From NCBI RefSeq assembly GCF_026571515.1, contig NW_026856964.1:124001-188000 (forward strand): DNA of 64,000 nt, given 5' to 3'. Positions within the stretch are counted from its first letter, which is position 1. Each line of letters opens with the position of its first letter. This document shows positions 25,165 through 35,979 of the stretch, one piece after another. Both the position numbers and the translations under genes were made by a program. This DNA is from Ruditapes philippinarum. Its lineage: Eukaryota. The notes beneath the pieces were generated by a model. The model had not been told where the DNA came from and searched no databases. It was given only the letters and a program-made list of their open reading frames with translations.

Positions 25165-28100
25165 ATAGATAGATTTATTTCGGCAAAGGAAGCATATACA
25201 TAGTTGACAATATAACATAGGATAAAATAATGAGCATTATTAAATACTATATCACATACGAGTAAAACTATGACATGCTCACCAAAACCAAGGATAACAC
25301 AAAAAAGGGCAAAAAAGCTCTTATTTCCATTGTGGTCCTTTGTATTGGCGGCATGACATAGAGAGGCAAACCTTAATATGATCATGTTTAAAAATACTAA
25401 TAAATCATAAAAATGTATATCACAGTCAAATCTTGAGTTAATAATACTCCTGTTTACAGCTAGGATTTAAAACACATTACTAAAATTGTAATAAGATAAA
25501 TAGAAGACAATTAAAAATCCTGAGTCGAAATATGTAAAAAAATGTTTAAAAAAAATTTAAATACTGTTCATAAGATGACATTTGATGGCAACCTTAAAAC
25601 TTTGTAACCTGTTGATCTCCGTTAACTTTACAGGTAAATCATTCCATAATTTAATACCAGAGAAAGCAAATGATTTAGAACCCTGGCCTTTGACCTTACG
25701 TAGACAATATCCACCCTTTTGACTAAGTCTTGTACTATAATTATGAATGGAATCTTGTGAAATAAAGTATTCAGACATGTAATCCGGAGATAGGCCATTT
25801 CTTATCTTAAAAACATGACACAACATTATCTGTTCAACTCTTTTGTGGACCGGTAACCAGTTAAGGGACTTAAAGTGGGATGGGTCAATGTGGGTTCTAG
25901 AGTCCAAGTCAAGTACAAATCTCATTATTTTGTTTTGACAAGTTTGTAACTTATTTTTTAAAGACTGTGTCAAGCTATTATACCAAACATAGCATGCGTA
26001 ATCATAGTGACACTGAATAAGAGACATAACCAGAAGTTTCTTGGTATGCTGAGTAAGAAACTCTTTCTTGCGGTAAAGAAATTTTAACCGAGAGTTGGCC
26101 TTCTTAAGAACAGACTCGGCCATGGCGCAAAATGACAGATTTTGGTCTATAGTAATCCCAAGATACTTGATAGATGAAGTTGATTCAATGGATGTACCAG
26201 AACAGGTTATATGCAGGTTAGATTGTGACCTAAGTTTTTGCCTGGACCCAAATAAAATTGACTCGGTTTTACCCAAATGCAATGATAACTTATTGTCCAC
26301 TAACCATTGGCTGACCAATTCCATATCATCTGTCAATGCCTTTTCAACAACAGACAAACTTTTACCAGATACAAGGATACCAGAATCATCAGCATACAAA
26401 AGCAATTTATTTTTGACCACAGCTGACATATCATTTACATAAATTAAAAAGAGAAGGGGTCCAAGGATTGAGCCCTGAGGAACACCACATGTTATTTTGG
26501 AATTGGAAGAATAAGTACCAGAGACATCTACAAGCTGCTGTCTATCTGATAAATATGATTTGAACCAATTTAGGACGTCAATACTAAGACCTGATGCTTG
26601 CAGTTTCATTAAAAGAATGGAATGGTCGACTGTGTCAAACGCTTTCTGCAAATCCAGCAGCACCATACCAACAACATTACCTTTATCATTTTCATACCTG
26701 ATAAAGTCTGTAAGGTGAATCAGACAAGTATCAGTAGAGAAGCCACTCCTGAAACCTGATTGAAATTTATACAGCAGATCTTTATCCTTAAAATAAGCTT
26801 CAACCTGGTCATAAACCACCTTTTCAAGGATTTTAGATACAACATTTAAAATGGACACAGGCCGGTAATTACCAACAGACAATTTGTCGTTCTTTTTATA
26901 GAGGGGAACAACTCTTGCAGATTTAAGATCATCAGGGACTTGACCTTGTATAAGGGATAAGTTTATGATATGAGCTAATGGACTAGCAATAACTGGGGAT
27001 CCATCTCTGATAAAACGTGAGGGTATACCATCTAAGCCAGTAGCTTTTTTGACACCTAATGAAGTTAAGTATTTAAGAACTTTACTTTCAGAAACAATGG
27101 AAAAAGAAAAACTGTTTGCAAAAACACCCTTGTTTGCATAAAAAGTATTAACAAAATTCGTACCAAATTTATGCATACTTTCTGGCAACTTTTCAACAAG
27201 TTTACATGCAACTGTTGTATAAAATTTTGTTAAATGATTCAGCAATAGGTTTCTTTTCAAAACACACATTATCATCAATATTTAAACAAATATTTGAACT
27301 GGTTGAAGATGAACCCTTCTTGGAAGGCAAACCAAGATTTTTAACAGTCTTCCATAAAGAGGTTGAGTCATTTTTGTTCTCATCCAGTGTATTAGTAAAA
27401 TATTCCTTTTTTGCTTTGGCAACAAGATACTGAACTTTGTTCTTGAGAGTCTTAAATGAATCATAATTATCACAGTTTCTATCACATTTATATTTATTAA
27501 AAGCTTTATCCCTTTCATTAATTACACTAAGAATGTCTGAGTCAATCCATGGTTCTGTTCTCTGTTTAATTCTGGTCTGTTTCACAGGTGCTATATTGTC
27601 TATCACAGATAAAAGTAACTGTTTAAATATATTCCAGGCATCATTTACATTATCACTTAGCAAAACAGGAGATCAGTCAGTATCTAGAAGACTAGCTTGA
27701 AAGTTATCTTTGTTATAATTTTTCAAAGATCTTAAAGTGACATTGTTATGAAAATAAAGAGGAATTTTACTGACTTTTCTTGTACAAAATATTAAGCTAT
27801 GATCACTAAATGAAGTATGAATTACACCTGACTGAGTAATTTTATCATTATCAGACACCAATATCAAGTCAATAATAGTTGCACTTGTAATACTAACTCT
27901 AGTAGGTTCTGAGATCAATTGTTTGTAATGAAACATATTAATAAATGACTTAAAACATTGCAAAAGAGGATAAGACTTAACTTTAGACACATCTGTATTA
28001 AAATCTCCTAAAATTATAGATTCACATTGTAAAAAGTCACTACTTGACGAGCATAAAGAGTCTAAAATTGTATAAAAGTTTAGTTGCACAGGAGGTCTAT

Positions 28101-28500
28101 AAATAACACCACATAAGATAGGTTTTGATTTTGGTAAAAGTATATCAATCCATGTAGCTTCTAATTCTTCATGCTTGAGATCATCACGTGTGTTGTAGGA
28201 TAAATCCTTCCTGATATAAATACAAACGCCACCCCTTGTCTGTTTCGATCCCTGCGCTGAATACAATAGTTGTCGATGTTAACTTAAGAATCTGGAACTG
28301 AGTCATCTAACCATGTTTCGGAAACACAAATACATGCGGCTCTAGATCTACGAGCTACAGAATTAATTTCATGTAGTTTTGGTAAAAGACTTCGAGTGTT
28401 TACATGAATAAAATGAAGACCACGTTTATTGAAAACTTTAAAATCACTTGTGGTGGAACTAGAAGTGTCAGTGCTTAGAACACGTTCCCTAGCAAGGTCG
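25165..28500 (-). mobile_element. Decayed non-LTR retrotransposon (CR1/L2 group) with AP endonuclease + reverse transcriptase
   Basis: Endonuclease motifs GLHFIHVNTRSL, CVSETWL, GDFN, IDLI and SDH lie at about 27673-28430. The RT ORF at 25557-27278 has YRPVSIL, QSGFR, LDLQKAFDTVDH, GVPQGSILGPLLF, YADD and YLGI. ORF2 is broken by a stop (about 28284) and frameshifts (about 28240, 27670, 27230). The 3' UTR ends in AATAAA plus an (ATCT) tail near 25165. No ORF1 was seen. Confidence 0.92.
25557..27278 (-). CDS. Reverse transcriptase portion of LINE ORF2 (remnant open frame)
   Basis: 573-aa open frame with all RT motifs including YADD. It is disconnected from the endonuclease by frameshifts. Confidence 0.8.
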   Translation of the reverse strand: MMIMCVLKRNLLLNHLTKFYTTVACKLVEKLPESMHKFGTNFVNTFYANKGVFANSFSFSIVSESKVLKYLTSLGVKKATGLDGIPSRFIRDGSPVIASPLAHIINLSLIQGQVPDDLKSARVVPLYKKNDKLSVGNYRPVSILNVVSKILEKVVYDQVEAYFKDKDLLYKFQSGFRSGFSTDTCLIHLTDFIRYENDKGNVVGMVLLDLQKAFDTVDHSILLMKLQASGLSIDVLNWFKSYLSDRQQLVDVSGTYSSNSKITCGVPQGSILGPLLFLIYVNDMSAVVKNKLLLYADDSGILVSGKSLSVVEKALTDDMELVSQWLVDNKLSLHLGKTESILFGSRQKLRSQSNLHITCSGTSIESTSSIKYLGITIDQNLSFCAMAESVLKKANSRLKFLYRKKEFLTQHTKKLLVMSLIQCHYDYACYVWYNSLTQSLKNKLQTCQNKIMRFVLDLDSRTHIDPSHFKSLNWLPVHKRVEQIMLCHVFKIRNGLSPDYMSEYFISQDSIHNYSTRLSQKGGYCLRKVKGQGSKSFAFSGIKLWNDLPVKLTEINRLQSFKVAIKCHLMNSI

Positions 28501-28569
28501 CGTTTTTTTTTTCAGCCGAAGCAGAAACACTGATCAACAATTTAAAGGTAAATCCATGTTCAATATGAT

Positions 28570-28870
28570 TTCAGGATCAAGATCAGGATCAAAATTAAAA
28601 ACTCAAACATTCTCTAAACAATATCTTCATAGATTTAATATCAAACTTTGGCTTGATAGGAGAGGACTTGAAAATGCATATTCATAATATATCAATTCTG
28701 CAATACTTTACAAGATATGAGCATTTAACAGTTGATTAAAATATTGATTTTGATCCTCAAATTAAGACTTATTTTAATCCGATAATTCTTGGACTTGTAA
28801 TACTATTACACAAGTTTATCCCAAAAACAGGACCGTTTCTTTGCATTAAAGCAAATGTTTTACATTTTGT
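28570..28870 (+). repeat. Old dispersed repeat, homologous (inverted) to about 4040-4345
   Basis: See the partner copy at 4040-4345. Confidence 0.65.
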
Positions 28871-30059
28871 TTATGTACTACATGACTGTATTAAAAATTT
28901 AGTCTAATACAAACTATTTTAGTTATCATAAAGCAATCAAAATACAATTAGGATCAAATGATTGTAATCGTGATTTATTAGTGTACCATTTATCTCTGTG
29001 TAACTGATAAGGAGAGATCACTGCGTAGGAGACTGCTGTAAGATATGAATAAAAAAACCAAAGTTGTCTCCCTTATAGTAACTGTCAGAACAGAATTTTA
29101 CACTTTGTACGATCTATGGTTATTTCAAGAAAATTTTAGCCAAAACATCGAGGTGTCGATCACATCTTAGTTATTTGTTCTTACACGTGCCAATAATCGA
29201 ATTCAAGGGCATTTAAGTCAAAATTGAGAAGGTCGACGCTCGATCATGTTCGTTCACAATAATTCTTTTATCTTACTATCTTAAAATCGTATAAAGTTTG
29301 AATGAGTACTATGAATCTTTTTTTTTTATTTTGCCTGAAAACTGTATTAGAGAGTCCTTAAAATAAGGTAATAAACAAATCCGTTGGAACCGCTGTTCTA
29401 TATATTATTTGAGGGGTCATATTATATCATATAGTTAAATGTTTATAAAGATGTAAAGAACTTAGTCACATTTGTACCTCTTAATAGTTGCTTTGATTTT
29501 TATTCGGTTCTACATTACCGACTGAGCCTAGAAAATAACGTTACCAAAGCGAAGATATATTGAAATGCTGCTATCGCGACCTTGAAGCATACCTTTATAC
29601 AAGACAGAAACGCTGCGCATGTCTGCTGACTTCATTGAAAGAGTAAAAATAGTTACAAAAGCATAATCATCTTAAAATCTGCTGTAAAAAGTTTGTTGCT
29701 TCAAACTGATATTATAGTGTGCTGTTTCCATGTTCATTAATTAAGGTTTACGGAATATTCCCGGATAAATGTGAAATTTAGTGTAATATCTTTGACTTGA
29801 TATATCTAAAGCATTTTACAATATTCAGCAACAGCATAAACAGGCTAATTAGGTTTTGGAGTATGTACACATCATGTTTAGATAGAACGTCTGGGTTTGT
29901 TTTTGTTTGTGTGTTTTTATATAAATCGGATACATTTCACTTACTTCATATTTACCTACTAGGTTGTGTTTTCTGAACCGATGGACTTGAGTGTGTACGT
30001 TTTTGAATGGAAATACACTTATATGTATATAATCGAAAACTATTTGACCAAGGTCGTAT

Positions 30060-30201
30060 ATCTCGGGCCTGTAAACATTTGATAAGATGGCATTAGAACT
30101 ATTGTCCCAAGGCGTGGCGGTAACGTAAGTCTGACCTGAATTCGAACCCGGGACCCTCGTATTACCGGTATGTTGGTCTACCGGCTGAGCTAGCCGGCCC
30201 C
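30060..30201 (-). mobile_element. tRNA-derived SINE
   Basis: The minus strand has an A box (TAGCTCAGCCGGTAGA) and a B box (GGTTCGAATTC), followed by a non-tRNA body. A related body fragment (gtaagtctgacctgaa) occurs at about 17757-17772. Confidence 0.7.
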
Positions 30202-31051
30202 TTACACATTCTCTCCCCTAATAATTGCACACTTCTACAACTTTAATGGTGTTAACATTTTATGCTATATCATACGTTTAATTTATATATTCAATGATGT
30301 CTTCATCAGTTGCGTCTACTATAACATTAATTTTATTTTATATTTCAGTTATACTTATGCTATCGGATTATATGGAAAAATAACAGGCTTTTAGCCTCTG
30401 TAGAATCACTGTTGTGTTCTGTTCTAATAAATGCATTGATATTGACAAGTAAGTATAAATCTACAAAGAGTATAAGCATCAGTCAGGTTTTGTGCATTAT
30501 GCACTATTATATTGGTTATTGTTTACTTCACGTTAATGTTTTATAGAGAACAGCCGTGAGTTGTTACATTTTCCTCTAATTTTATGTAAACTGCTGAAAT
30601 TATATATAATTATTACATACAATCAGAGGATTTACTATAATTTCAGCACAATAAACAATCGTCGGTTCGACAATCATACTAGTAAGTGTCTCAATATATA
30701 TAATTATATAGAACTACGTCAAGTTTATTATATTCAGCCTTGATCATTTATATAAAATGCAACAAATCCTTGCTAATTTCTAAGACTTGTTACGGATTAT
30801 TTGAAAGATAAGGCAGATTTACGATTGTTTTCAGATTCGAGTTCAGCTAAACAACTGTTAAAGGCAGGGTCAACAACGATCAGTCGGTAAAAAACCTTTG
30901 GATTTAAGTTAACTCGTGAGGTATCAATATCTGAATTTAGATCATAAAGGAAGAAATCCAAACCTGATTTTAGAACAGTCAGTGAGATATCAACACTTAA
31001 ATTTATGCCAGGAAATGAAATATAACAACGGTAATGAGTATGGAAAACAGT

Positions 31052-33450
31052 ATGTCGTCTGCAATTGAATCTAACAGACTTCTGGAAGGAAATGATTCTG
31101 GAAATGAAACGCTGACCTTTAATATTGGAGGAGTTATATTCGAAACTTATAGGTACATTTATTTTGTGTCTTATAATGTGTACATGCAATATAAAATCAT
31201 ACAAACAATTACATTCCTTTAATCATTTACAATAATACATGTAATTGGGATTTGATAATGCTATAAAAAAGACTTCAAGAAACTGTTTTATGTTGTTAAC
31301 ATTAATTGTTTTAATAAACGATGTATGGTGTCTACGAATAATGAAAATGGATCCGTTAAAGTCGCCAAATCAAGCAAGTATCACATCTGCGGTTGAATTT
31401 TGTACCTACATGTATATTTTTTCGAAATAATAAGATGAATGTATTACTTTAACACCATGATTAATAAAGGAAGACAACCTATTATATCATTACAGATCTA
31501 CAATAATGCGAATTAAAAGCGGTCCTCTGACAGACGAAAGCTTTTTGGAGGCTAATCATAGACCTGGGAAAAATGACTACTTCTTTGATAGAGACCCTGA
31601 TGCTTTTAAGGTTGGAACATGAATTCATTCTTTTCTGTTCTATAAAACAGTAATGTTTTCAAAGTAAACGTGTTGTTTACGTATTGTTTTAGAATTAGAA
31701 CGTATCATTGGTACGGTTTTACCCGATAATGACCGAGTAAAATCAATTGATGAATTTATGATATGATTGGGATTTTACCCGAATAACCGAGTAAGATCAT
31801 TTGATGATGATCTTCAAAAGTTATGCTTGCGATTTTACACAATAAATGACCGAGTAAGATACTGAAAACGTTCCCATTGATGATGAATGTCATTCAAAAC
31901 AGCATGCATTGTATAGAAACGATTCTATGTGTTTTTGTTCTTATTAATAAAGTTAAGTCATATTGACTGATGTATCATTTTTTCAGATAGTGTTAAACTT
32001 TTTACGAACTGGTAAGGTTTTCATCCCGTCACACATCGATGGTCCGCTTGTTAGGAATGAACTAATGTTTTGGGGATTGACTCCTGATTTGGAAGTGATG
32101 ATCAGCGGGGACATTTCATTGGTAGGTATATTAATCCATACATCTGCTGGATTTAAGGTCCATTATGACTCAGAAATACTTTTAGTTGTATTTCTCAAAA
32201 GCCTTTTAGTTTGGTGTACTTAAAGTATAGATCTACAAAATACTCATCTAATTGTGTATTAATTATTGTTTGGAAGTCAGTTTTATAAATAGTTTATTAA
32301 AAATACAAATAGGGAGCTGTCATACAAGTGTTTCAACATTCTGGTGTATTTGAGATGGAAATAGAAAAAATGGTAGACTTTATCAGTGTTTACAAAACAA
32401 ACACATGCCAAGGTATCGAAGTTCAACATATCTCGGTCTCTGGATCTTCCACTGAAAAAAATGAAGTTATTTACGAATATAAAGCTGGGAATTGTATATT
32501 ATTTGTTTGTTATGTATTATATGAATATTTTTACATTTGTCTATTTTTTCAGCCTCGTTCTACAAATGGACATTTAGCAGGTGTGACTGAAAACAGAAAT
32601 ATGTCTCCTCACACTGGAACGGGAAACAAAATCTGGAATATTCTTAGCAACCCGGAAACATCAATATGGGCGAAGATATATGCCGGGATATCAGATTTTC
32701 GTTGCTGCAACAACACCATATTTGCAAACTGTTTCAACTGTGGAAACCAGTACCACTGTGGACCGGGGCTATAATAAAGTCACTAAAGAACCGGTTGTAC
32801 TTTTTGAGGCTACCATCATATCTTTAGTATGCTGTTTATTCTTTACCGTAGAATACATCTTGCGACTGTTGTATTCACCAAACAGGAAAAACTTCATTTT
32901 GTCTTTCCTTGGTATAATAGATTTCTTGGCTATCCTTCCAGAGTGGCTGTCCTTTGTCATTGAACTTCTTGTAGCGGAAAATTTGTCTGTCTTCAGGGTT
33001 TTCTGTGTTTTGAGAATTTTCCGTATCCTCCGTCTTTTAAGAATTTTTAAACATTTTAAGTTAATGCTTGGAACGGACGTTTTCGTGTACACTTTAAAGT
33101 CTTGCTTTGGGCAGTTGATTTTTATTACTTTCCTTTCATCCATTCTTGTTGTATTCTGGGGAACTGTAATATACAGCGCTGAGTTTCCTGGTTATGAAAC
33201 AAAATATCAAAGTATTCCAGACGCGTTCTGGTGGGCAGTTATAACAATGACAACCGTGGGTTATGGCGATATGTTTCCGGTAACTACTGAAGGCCAAATA
33301 GTGGCTTCTTTATGTGCAGCATGCGGTCCACTGATAATTGGACTTCTTGTTGCTGTTCTAGTTAATGGTATGATCAACAGTTCTAGGAAGTTACAGGGCA
33401 GTAGGCAGAGAACTGTTTTAAAAAACGAACCGTTAGCAAATGTTAACTAA
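31052..33450 (+). pseudogene. Shaw/Kv3-like potassium channel paralog (copy 2), frameshifted in exon 4
   Basis: Exons 31052-31152 (upstream in-frame ATGs at 31034/31040), 31496-31610, 31987-32121 and 32553-33450 have the same sizes and phases as copy 1 for exons 1-3. Twenty-six nt of S1 present in copy 1 (6605-6630) are missing between 32693 and 32694, giving a stop at 32772-32774. The downstream frame retains S2-S6 and TMTTVGYGD. Confidence 0.8.
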
Positions 33451-33484
33451 TTTATTTTTTGTATCACATTTCTTGTGTTAAATA

Positions 33485-33748
33485 CGCGGCCGTGACCGAG
33501 GGGTTAAGGTGTCTAACTACAACCAACCTTCCCCTTAATTATAGCTGCCGGTTCAAATCCCACTAGGGACCTTTCATGTTATGAAACTCGCTAGCTAGAT
33601 AACAGAATTCATATGTTCTAATCAGGTACTTGCCTGCGCTTGAAATAATGCTTGAAGGGGCATTCGAGGTGCTCCTTCACCAGTAAAGCTTGTCAAGTAC
33701 GCCATATGAACTTTACCATGTTAGTGCGACTTTAACACAACCAACAAA
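33485..33748 (+). mobile_element. tRNA-derived SINE just downstream of Kv copy 2 stop
   Basis: A-box-like GTGACCGAGGGGTTAAGG and B box GGTTCAAATCCC, then a central domain and a tail (cgccatatga...gcgactttaacacaaccaacaaa) typical of mollusc SINEs. Confidence 0.7.
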
Positions 33749-35184
33749 GGTATTTTGTGTAAATAAACTTCTAAAGAAACCCGTATCATCTCTACTATAC
33801 ATGTAAACTATCTTCCTTTTTTTTGCTTAACAGATTTATTAAAGTGCCTGAATTTATAATTTGATTATTATATATATCTCATAATCTATATACTCTTAAA
33901 ATAAAGGTTTATAATTGTTCATATGTTTTTCTTTTGTTGTATACTTACACCAAACAAATAAAAACAAAGTAGAAGCAGTCATAACAGGCCGCGATATTAG
34001 AAAAACGTCGACTGGAAAACATTATCAGTAATTTTCGAACGCATTTAACTCGCTCCGTCTAGTCAGATGTTAACAAATGTCACGGGTAACAAACTTTAAG
34101 CTACAACACAAAAATCTTCTAGGCAAAGAACCAGTTTAATTGTTATATTTTTTTCATGTATATGGTTTTGCTAAGGCAGAGAAAGTGTTTCTGTAGCCCT
34201 TTCTTGCAGATACCATAGCCTATTTTGGAGATTGCAAGTTTTTAAATTATCTGGCTATTGTATACATGGGATAATTTTATTATAGATTTAAAATGTTATG
34301 ACTAATATGCTCTCAAAAAGATGTCTTTTCCTCTCGGGTTTTGGAGATTGAGATCAGAATAAAAAGAAAAGTGTATAGGACATTGAAGGCAAGAGCTTGG
34401 AATTTAATGTGGAGTGCTAGCTTACGAAGCCGTCGACAAGAGTTAATTTTCATGTTAATAAACGGCATAGAGAGGTTGTTTTATAAAGTTAACGTTACAT
34501 GTATATACTTCATCTTGTATTCTAGACTTGATGATGGTAGTCAATCCGCCTTTCCAAGTACTGAGAGTACGGACCCAAAACATGCCACCATTCGTGTCCT
34601 TAAAAGTTACCAATTGCCAGAATGTGACCTATTCATTTTGAATTCAGTAATTCACTGAATGATTTTGCGATATGCTTCCAGTTTTTCACAGAAAACTTTC
34701 ATCAAATATTTGCGATTCCCATTTATTCTTTTATCCGTTCAATTTTTCAAATAAATGAAAATTTCCGAACATTAAATATTATATTACATTACGATACATA
34801 GTAAAATTCACCATATGATGCGAAGCATATCCCTTTGTTTTGTTTTACCTTATAAAGTTCATAGTAATTCGTATAACCTTATTATACGGGCACAGATTAT
34901 TATCTATGATAGTGATGAGAGATTAAACATGTGCTCAAAGAGTACAAGTTCGTGAAGTTCAGTACTGATCAGTTAAGATAATGTTTTGATATTTTGGACT
35001 CTTTTGCGTAAGCCATTTCTACGAAAACAAGTGACGTTTCGGTGTTTAGTAATTTTCATACATGATGATTCTTAAATGACTTTTAACGAGAAGAGATAAG
35101 GACTTTAATTGAATAGTTAGTTAGGCATCACTTGTGACTTTAAGTTTTATAAATTCTTCATCTCAGGGCTTACTTAAAATAGAA

Positions 35185-35348
35185 NNNNNNNNNNNNNNNN
35201 NNNNNNNNNNNNNNNNNNNNNNNNNNNNNNNNNNNNNNNNNNNNNNNNNNNNNNNNNNNNNNNNNNNNNNNNNNNNNNNNNNNNNNNNNNNNNNNNNNNN
35301 NNNNNNNNNNNNNNNNNNNNNNNNNNNNNNNNNNNNNNNNNNNNNNNN
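35185..35348. other. Assembly gap (N run)
   Basis: Run of N. Confidence 0.99.
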
Positions 35349-35927
35349 CCTTCAATGACATCATTGTGAGAATTCATGGTTCACATTCCATTATGATTAT
35401 AAAGCCCGGGTTACCGAAGATAAATATTGATTGATATATTACAAAATATGCTAAGCTCGGAACGCATGTTTAAATTCAAAGTAGTGTGTCTCTAGATTAT
35501 TCTTATTATTATTGTTTATTTAATTTTTTTTCAAAACAAACAATACAAGGAAAAAGATATAAAAAGGGAAAAAACAAACAACAACATATACACCAATTTT
35601 ACTACATACAACAATAAAATATGAATTGGTTAATACATGCATAGAATTATAACACTTAAAAATGACACTATTACTTACGTTAAGGTGGACGCAGTGCTGT
35701 TCTTAATTTCATAGCACATGCAGTAAATCTAGCACCATTTCTAATATTTCTGGTAATTGTTTTCTTGTTATTGCAACGAAGGCCGTCACACTATTTCTTT
35801 TCTTTTTAAAAAAATGCACATTTCTGTTAATATTTATACAAAAATAAAAATTATGTTACTAGTATAAAGAGGTTTACTAAAAATAGAGTACCGACAATAA
35901 AATGACCAGCACGTGTCATAGATTCTC

Positions 35928-35962
35928 TATATAAACGTTTACCGAACGTATGTAAAGTCAGT
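35928..35962 (+). promoter_or_regulatory. Core promoter of C1q-domain gene (TATA + Inr)
   Basis: TATATAAA at 35928-35935 and an Inr-like TCAGT at 35958-35962 at the canonical ~30 bp spacing, about 20 nt upstream of the ATG. Confidence 0.6.
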
Positions 35963-35979
35963 GTCGAGTTAGATACAAA

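Noticed and set aside
26095-27518. ORFs 26095-26442, 27206-27433 and 27282-27518
   Set aside because: They are antisense or alternate-frame shadows of LINE ORF2.
30125-30201. Possible tRNA gene
   Set aside because: A and B boxes are present, but there is no matching acceptor stem or poly-T terminator, and it continues into a repeated body, so it is a SINE.
31034-33450. Kv copy 2 as an uncollapsed haplotype of copy 1
   Set aside because: Intron lengths, flanks and exons 1-3 are far too diverged for alleles.
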